Of a stretch of DNA of 64,000 bases, positions 59,482-64,000 are shown piece by piece (the stretch's first letter is position 1; each line of letters opens with the position of its first letter). Source of the stretch: Leptogorgia sarmentosa (lineage: Eukaryota). Position numbers and translations under genes: made by a program. The stretch is from the NCBI GenBank assembly GCA_964658305.1, contig OZ210885.1, positions 23,622,001-23,686,000 of the forward strand, written 5' to 3'. A model generated the notes under the pieces. The model saw nothing but the letters and a program-made list of their open reading frames with translations. It was not told the origin of the DNA and made no database searches.

Positions 59482-60830
59482 ATTACCAATCTGCATCTAT
59501 CTAAGTCTGTTGGACCATTTAGCATTCCTACTAAACTGGTAAAAATCTTGAAATGTCTCTTATCTGGTCCACTTGCTTATCTTTTTAATTGCTCATTCTC
59601 AATAGGTATTGTTCCTGATCAATTTAAACTAGCTAGAGTTATTGCAATTTATAAGAAAGGTTGTAAGTCAGCTGTATCAAATTATTGACCCATTTCATTA
59701 CTTTCAGTGTTTAATAAAATTTTAGAAAAAATTGATGTATAAGAGATTAATGACATTCTTGGAAAAGAATAAAATATTTTTTCAAGGCCAATTTGGTTTT
59801 CGTTCAAATCACTCCAGTACACATGCTATTCTACTCATTTCTGATAAAATCCAAAAAGCAATAGAAAGTAAAATATATTCATGTGGTATTTTCCTTGATT
59901 TTACTAAAGCTTTCGATACTGTAAATCATATAATCTTGTTAAAAAAACTTGAAAATAGTGGGATAAGGGGAATAGCACTGGAGTGGTTTTCATCTTATCT
60001 TTCAAATAGAAAACAATATGTATATCAATTGGCAGTGTAATCTCTGAACAAAAACCTATAACCTGTGGGGTTCCACAAGGTTCGGTTCTAGGCCCCTTAC
60101 TATTTTTGCTATATATTAATGATTTTAATAATTCTGCACCAAAAGTTAAGTTTCATTTATTTGCAGATGATTCAAATCTATTTTGTTCAGTTAAGAGTCT
60201 ACAAAACCTAGAAGTAATAATAAATGAGCAGTTAAATTCAGTGGGCAAGTGGTTATGTGCCAATAAACTTTCCATAAATATTGAAAAGTCACATTTTGTT
60301 CTCTTTCATCCACCACAAAAGAAAGTCAATTACTTGATAAACCTTATAATCCACAATAATGAAATAAAAGCAAAGATAAGTGTCAAATATCTTGGAATAA
60401 TCATGGATTGTAATCTAAGTTGGAAGGAACACATATATTTGAATTAAGCAAAAAAATATCCAGAGGTATATTATTTAAAATTCGAGACTTCGTTTCTATC
60501 GATATACTAACTCAAGTTTACTATTCAGTAATCCACCCTTTCCTTATGTATGCACTCCTGGTATGGGGACATACATATAAAAGTAATTTGCACCCATTAG
60601 TGATCTTGCAAAAGCAGGCTATTAGGTTAATGACTTTTTCTAATTTCCATGAGCACACCTCTTCGCTATTTAAGGCTCTAAAACTTCTCAAATTTACCGA
60701 TCTTGTGTATGTCAATACAGCATCATTTATGCTTCAGTATAGTTTGGGCAAACTTCCGGCCAATTTTGATGACTTTTTTACCTTGATTAATTAAAGACAA
60801 CCATGATTATGCTACTCGTTTAGCGGCTAC
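59482..60830 (+). mobile_element. Host LINE segment 4: reverse transcriptase and C-terminus, degenerate
   Basis: KSVGPFSIP, NY*PISLL, QFGFR, DFTKAFDTV, GVPQGSVLGP, FADD, VKYLG, YALLVWG, HDYATR; several frameshifts. Confidence 0.93.
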
Positions 60831-61200
60831 TGTAACGGATTGTTCAGACTCGGGGGTTTTTACTGGGCCGATTTAACGGAGCGACCAGAAGAGCAGACGA
60901 GCACACGAATAATATTTATATTTTAGACACTTGATCGTAATAATCAGCACGTAAAAACTACAAATGATATACAATAACTAACATTAACCTCTAAATATAC
61001 GATAACAAGCACTAATATGAATCCTCCTACCTCTTTCCCCGTATCTAGCGTCTCTTTAACCTTAATAACGATGCCCGAGATTAATAACACTAAACCGTTC
61101 GATTTTATCTCGTCCCTTTCGCGCCAAAGTAGTCAAACACGCGGTCCATTTAATATATTCGCATACATTAAAATAACTTAGCATGCATGATTACGTTACA
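60831..61200 (-). repeat. 3' LTR (370 bp) of a BEL/Pao retrotransposon
   Basis: TGTAAC...GTTACA termini; purine-rich tract (minus-strand aggagagcca) abuts at 61201-61210; inserted at the LINE 3' end. Confidence 0.88.
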
Positions 61201-61288
61201 TGGCTCTCCTAAATTGTTCGAGAGAGCAGTTTAAAATCAACTAATTAACAACTATACATGCTAACGACTCGTAGTCGATGACTTATCT

Positions 61289-64000
61289 TCATGGCTCCTC
61301 GTTGGGGAATCCCCAGTCCTCTTCACTTTCTTCTTCGGCTAGCAACAGGACCAACTTGTGAATAGGTCTTTCAAAATAACTTACTGGATGTATACGCTTT
61401 CCGCGATTGTCCCGAGCACAATCACCTACTTCAATCTTGACCTTTCGAACGAGTCCGTCGCTGTCTGGAAAGGTTTCGTGTACACGAGCAAGTTGCCATC
61501 GATTTCGCGGTAGTTCATCGGATTTCAGAATAACAACGTCGCCGACCTTCAGGTTTCTTTTAGGTCGCAGCCACTTTTGCCCGTGTTTGCAGCGTTTGCA
61601 AGAATTCCTTCCTTCAGCGGTCCCAAAACTCATTTGCCAGGTGCTGGACGTGGCGCCATCGCTTTCTCGAGTAAATATCCGTTCTTTGGAAAACACCAGG
61701 AGGAGGCAGCACGACGTGGGATTTCGAAGTCAAAAGATGGTTCGGAGTTAACGGCTCTAGTGAACCCGGACTATCAGTTGTGAGAGGGCGACTGTTTACT
61801 ATGGCTTCTGCTTCAACCATAAGGGTCAGCAGTAACTCGTCATCCAGTTGGATACCATGTCGGTCAAGGAGAGCAGATAATGTGCTTCGAACGGTTCGGA
61901 TCTGGCGCTCCCAGACACCACCCATGTGGCTTGCATGGGGGACGTTCATTTTCGAGTTGATCCAATCACACTGATCTTCTAATAATTTCTCATGAATTTT
62001 CTCTTCATCCATCTCGAGAAGGGCTTTCTGAAGTTCGGTTTGGGAGCCTACGAAGTTAGACCCACGATCTGATCGTAATTGTCTGATTGGGCCACGTCTT
62101 CCAGCAAAACGGCGATAAGCATTTATGAACGAACTTGTGTCCATGGAATGCGCAATCTCGATATGCACTGCCCGTGACGCCATACAGGTAAAGAGCACCC
62201 CGTATCGTTCTACTTCCTTACGCCCTTCTTTTACTAGCCACGGACCAAAACAATCCACGGCGCTGTACGTAAATGGTTGGCTTGGTTTGATCCGATCCTT
62301 TGGAAGATCCGCCATTTTCTGCCCTTGAGCGGCTGCGCGCAATTTACGACAGGTGACACACTACGGCTGATCTTCATGCCGGAGGAACAAATGGCTGCCA
62401 GAGTCATTCCACGACCTTGATGATGAATCTTGTTATGATGGTGACAAATCACCAAGTCCGTCACGTGTCCCTTCTTCGGCAGGATATATGGATGCTTAAC
62501 GCTCTCTGGTAGTTCTGCACTTCCAATTCGACCACCGACTCGGACGACGCCGTCACCATCTGCGTACGGGTCAAGGCGGGATAAGGTACTTGTCCGTTTC
62601 AATTTGACGGTTCGCCTGTCCCGAACGCTGCCGTTTTCCTTCGCCGATCGGAGGACTGCCAGCTCACCCTTGAAAGCTTGTTTCTGCACGTTCTTCACTA
62701 TCTCCTTTTCCGCGTTGACAAGATCTTCTACGTTGATGCCGCCGCTTGGTGTTTCCGCATAATGCCTCTGCGATATTTCCTCTACCTTTGAATGGTTTAT
62801 CTCGTGATGGTCGTTACGAACAGTTCTCTCATAGACTCTTGTGTTAAGCTTCCTTTTAAGACGTAAACATGCTGCAACGGCCTTCTTGGCCTTGTGCCAG
62901 TTGGAAAGGTGTTGAAGGTGGTCGGCTGTCGCGAATTCCTCCTCCGCTTGGATTGCAAAGGACGATACCTTCTTTGTTTCTGGGTCGTCGGGTGAGAGAG
63001 CAGCAGTTTCTTCATTGATACACCCTTGATCGTAGTCGTTCGGTTCCCATAAGAACTTAGGACCATTCCACCATTCAGTTGTTGAGATCAGGTCTTCCGC
63101 ACTCATCCCACGAGAAGCAAAATCGGCCGGGTTGGACTTCGTATCTACATACCTCCACTGGCTGGGCGAAGTTAGATCACGAATTTGTTGAACTCGGTTG
63201 GATACGAACACGTGAAGGCGACGAGCATCATTTGATATGTATCCCAAAACCACCTTGCTGTTTGTCCAGTAGAACAACTTCATTTCCTCGTACTCTAATT
63301 CCTTCTGCAAGAAGGCGCTAACTTTAGCGGAGACTAGCGCGGCAGTGAGTTCTAGTCGTGGGATTGTTACAGGTTTAAGTGGGGCAACTCGTGACTTCGC
63401 CATCACCAAGGTGCAGTAGATTCGGTTTTGGTCGTCTATTAATTTTAGGTATGAGCACTGGCCGTATCCATACAAACTGGCGCCTGAAAAATTATGCAGC
63501 TCGACGGTCTTCACTGCACCGAAGTCTTCGGGTTTATAACATCTCGGAAGGCATAGGGTGTTGAGTAGATTTAGACTACGTTGCCACTTTTCCCAGGTCG
63601 AGCGAAGACTTCCTGGAATTTTCTCGTCCCAATTAGTTCCTTGCCTGCACAACTCTTGGAGAATTCGTTTTCCTTTCAGGACCAGGGGCGACAAGAGACC
63701 GAGGGGGTCGAAAATGGAGCTGACAGTTGACAGCAAACCACGTCTGGTCGCGGGATGTTCCATCATTTCGTTCCTGAATTGCAAGGTATCGGATTCGACG
63801 CACCATTGTACACCCAAAGCCCTTTCGACTGGAAGTTTCTCGCAGGTCAAGTTGAGGTCCTTAATGCCACTCGCTCTTTCTTCGGGTGGAAACGATTCCA
63901 ATACGGCTTTGCTGTTGGATACGAGTTTATGCAAGTGGAATCCTCCTCGTTCGCACAGGCCCTTCGTTTTCCCCAATCGTTTTCCCCTTCGTTAGGGGAT
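61289..64000 (-). pseudogene. BEL/Pao pol: end of RT, RNase H, integrase, DUF5641-like C-terminus; frameshifted, continues beyond the window
   Basis: ALGVQW, FDPLG, LVMAKSRVAP..TIPRLEL, NPADFASRG, VDCFGP, SDRGSNF, GGVWERQIR, VNSRPL, LTPNHLL, ERPIHKLVLL. Confidence 0.95.

Overview
AT-rich, intron-bearing eukaryotic DNA; the element families suggest an invertebrate, probably a cnidarian (inference). I find no recognisable ordinary host gene. Almost the whole window is a deeply nested transposable-element pile. Left part (1-23 kb): a spliced S/T/P-rich gene with a Tnp1/En-Spm-like C-terminus; a truncated Helitron-like ORF with a 2A-like peptide and OTU protease; one end of an IS3EU-like element hit by a CR1/L2-group LINE, which is itself hit by a hAT; and an intron-containing Ginger1-like integrase/Ulp1 element. 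From 23 to 61 kb a single + strand CR1/L2-group LINE is split by three large insertions and then hit by a BEL/Pao LTR element. These insertions contain a Harbinger-type non-autonomous element, a MULE-like element, and two IS3EU-like DNA transposons, with nested Zator, DIRS, DD37E Tc1 (intact), Sola3-like (apparently intact spliced gene) and several MITEs. Most notable: the IS3EU-like elements share one layout (TAYGG termini, long TIRs, a transposase and a convergent accessory gene) but carry different accessory enzymes, a HECT ubiquitin ligase in one and an intron-rich alpha-kinase in another. All family assignments are from motifs, TIRs and TSDs read by eye; no searches were run.
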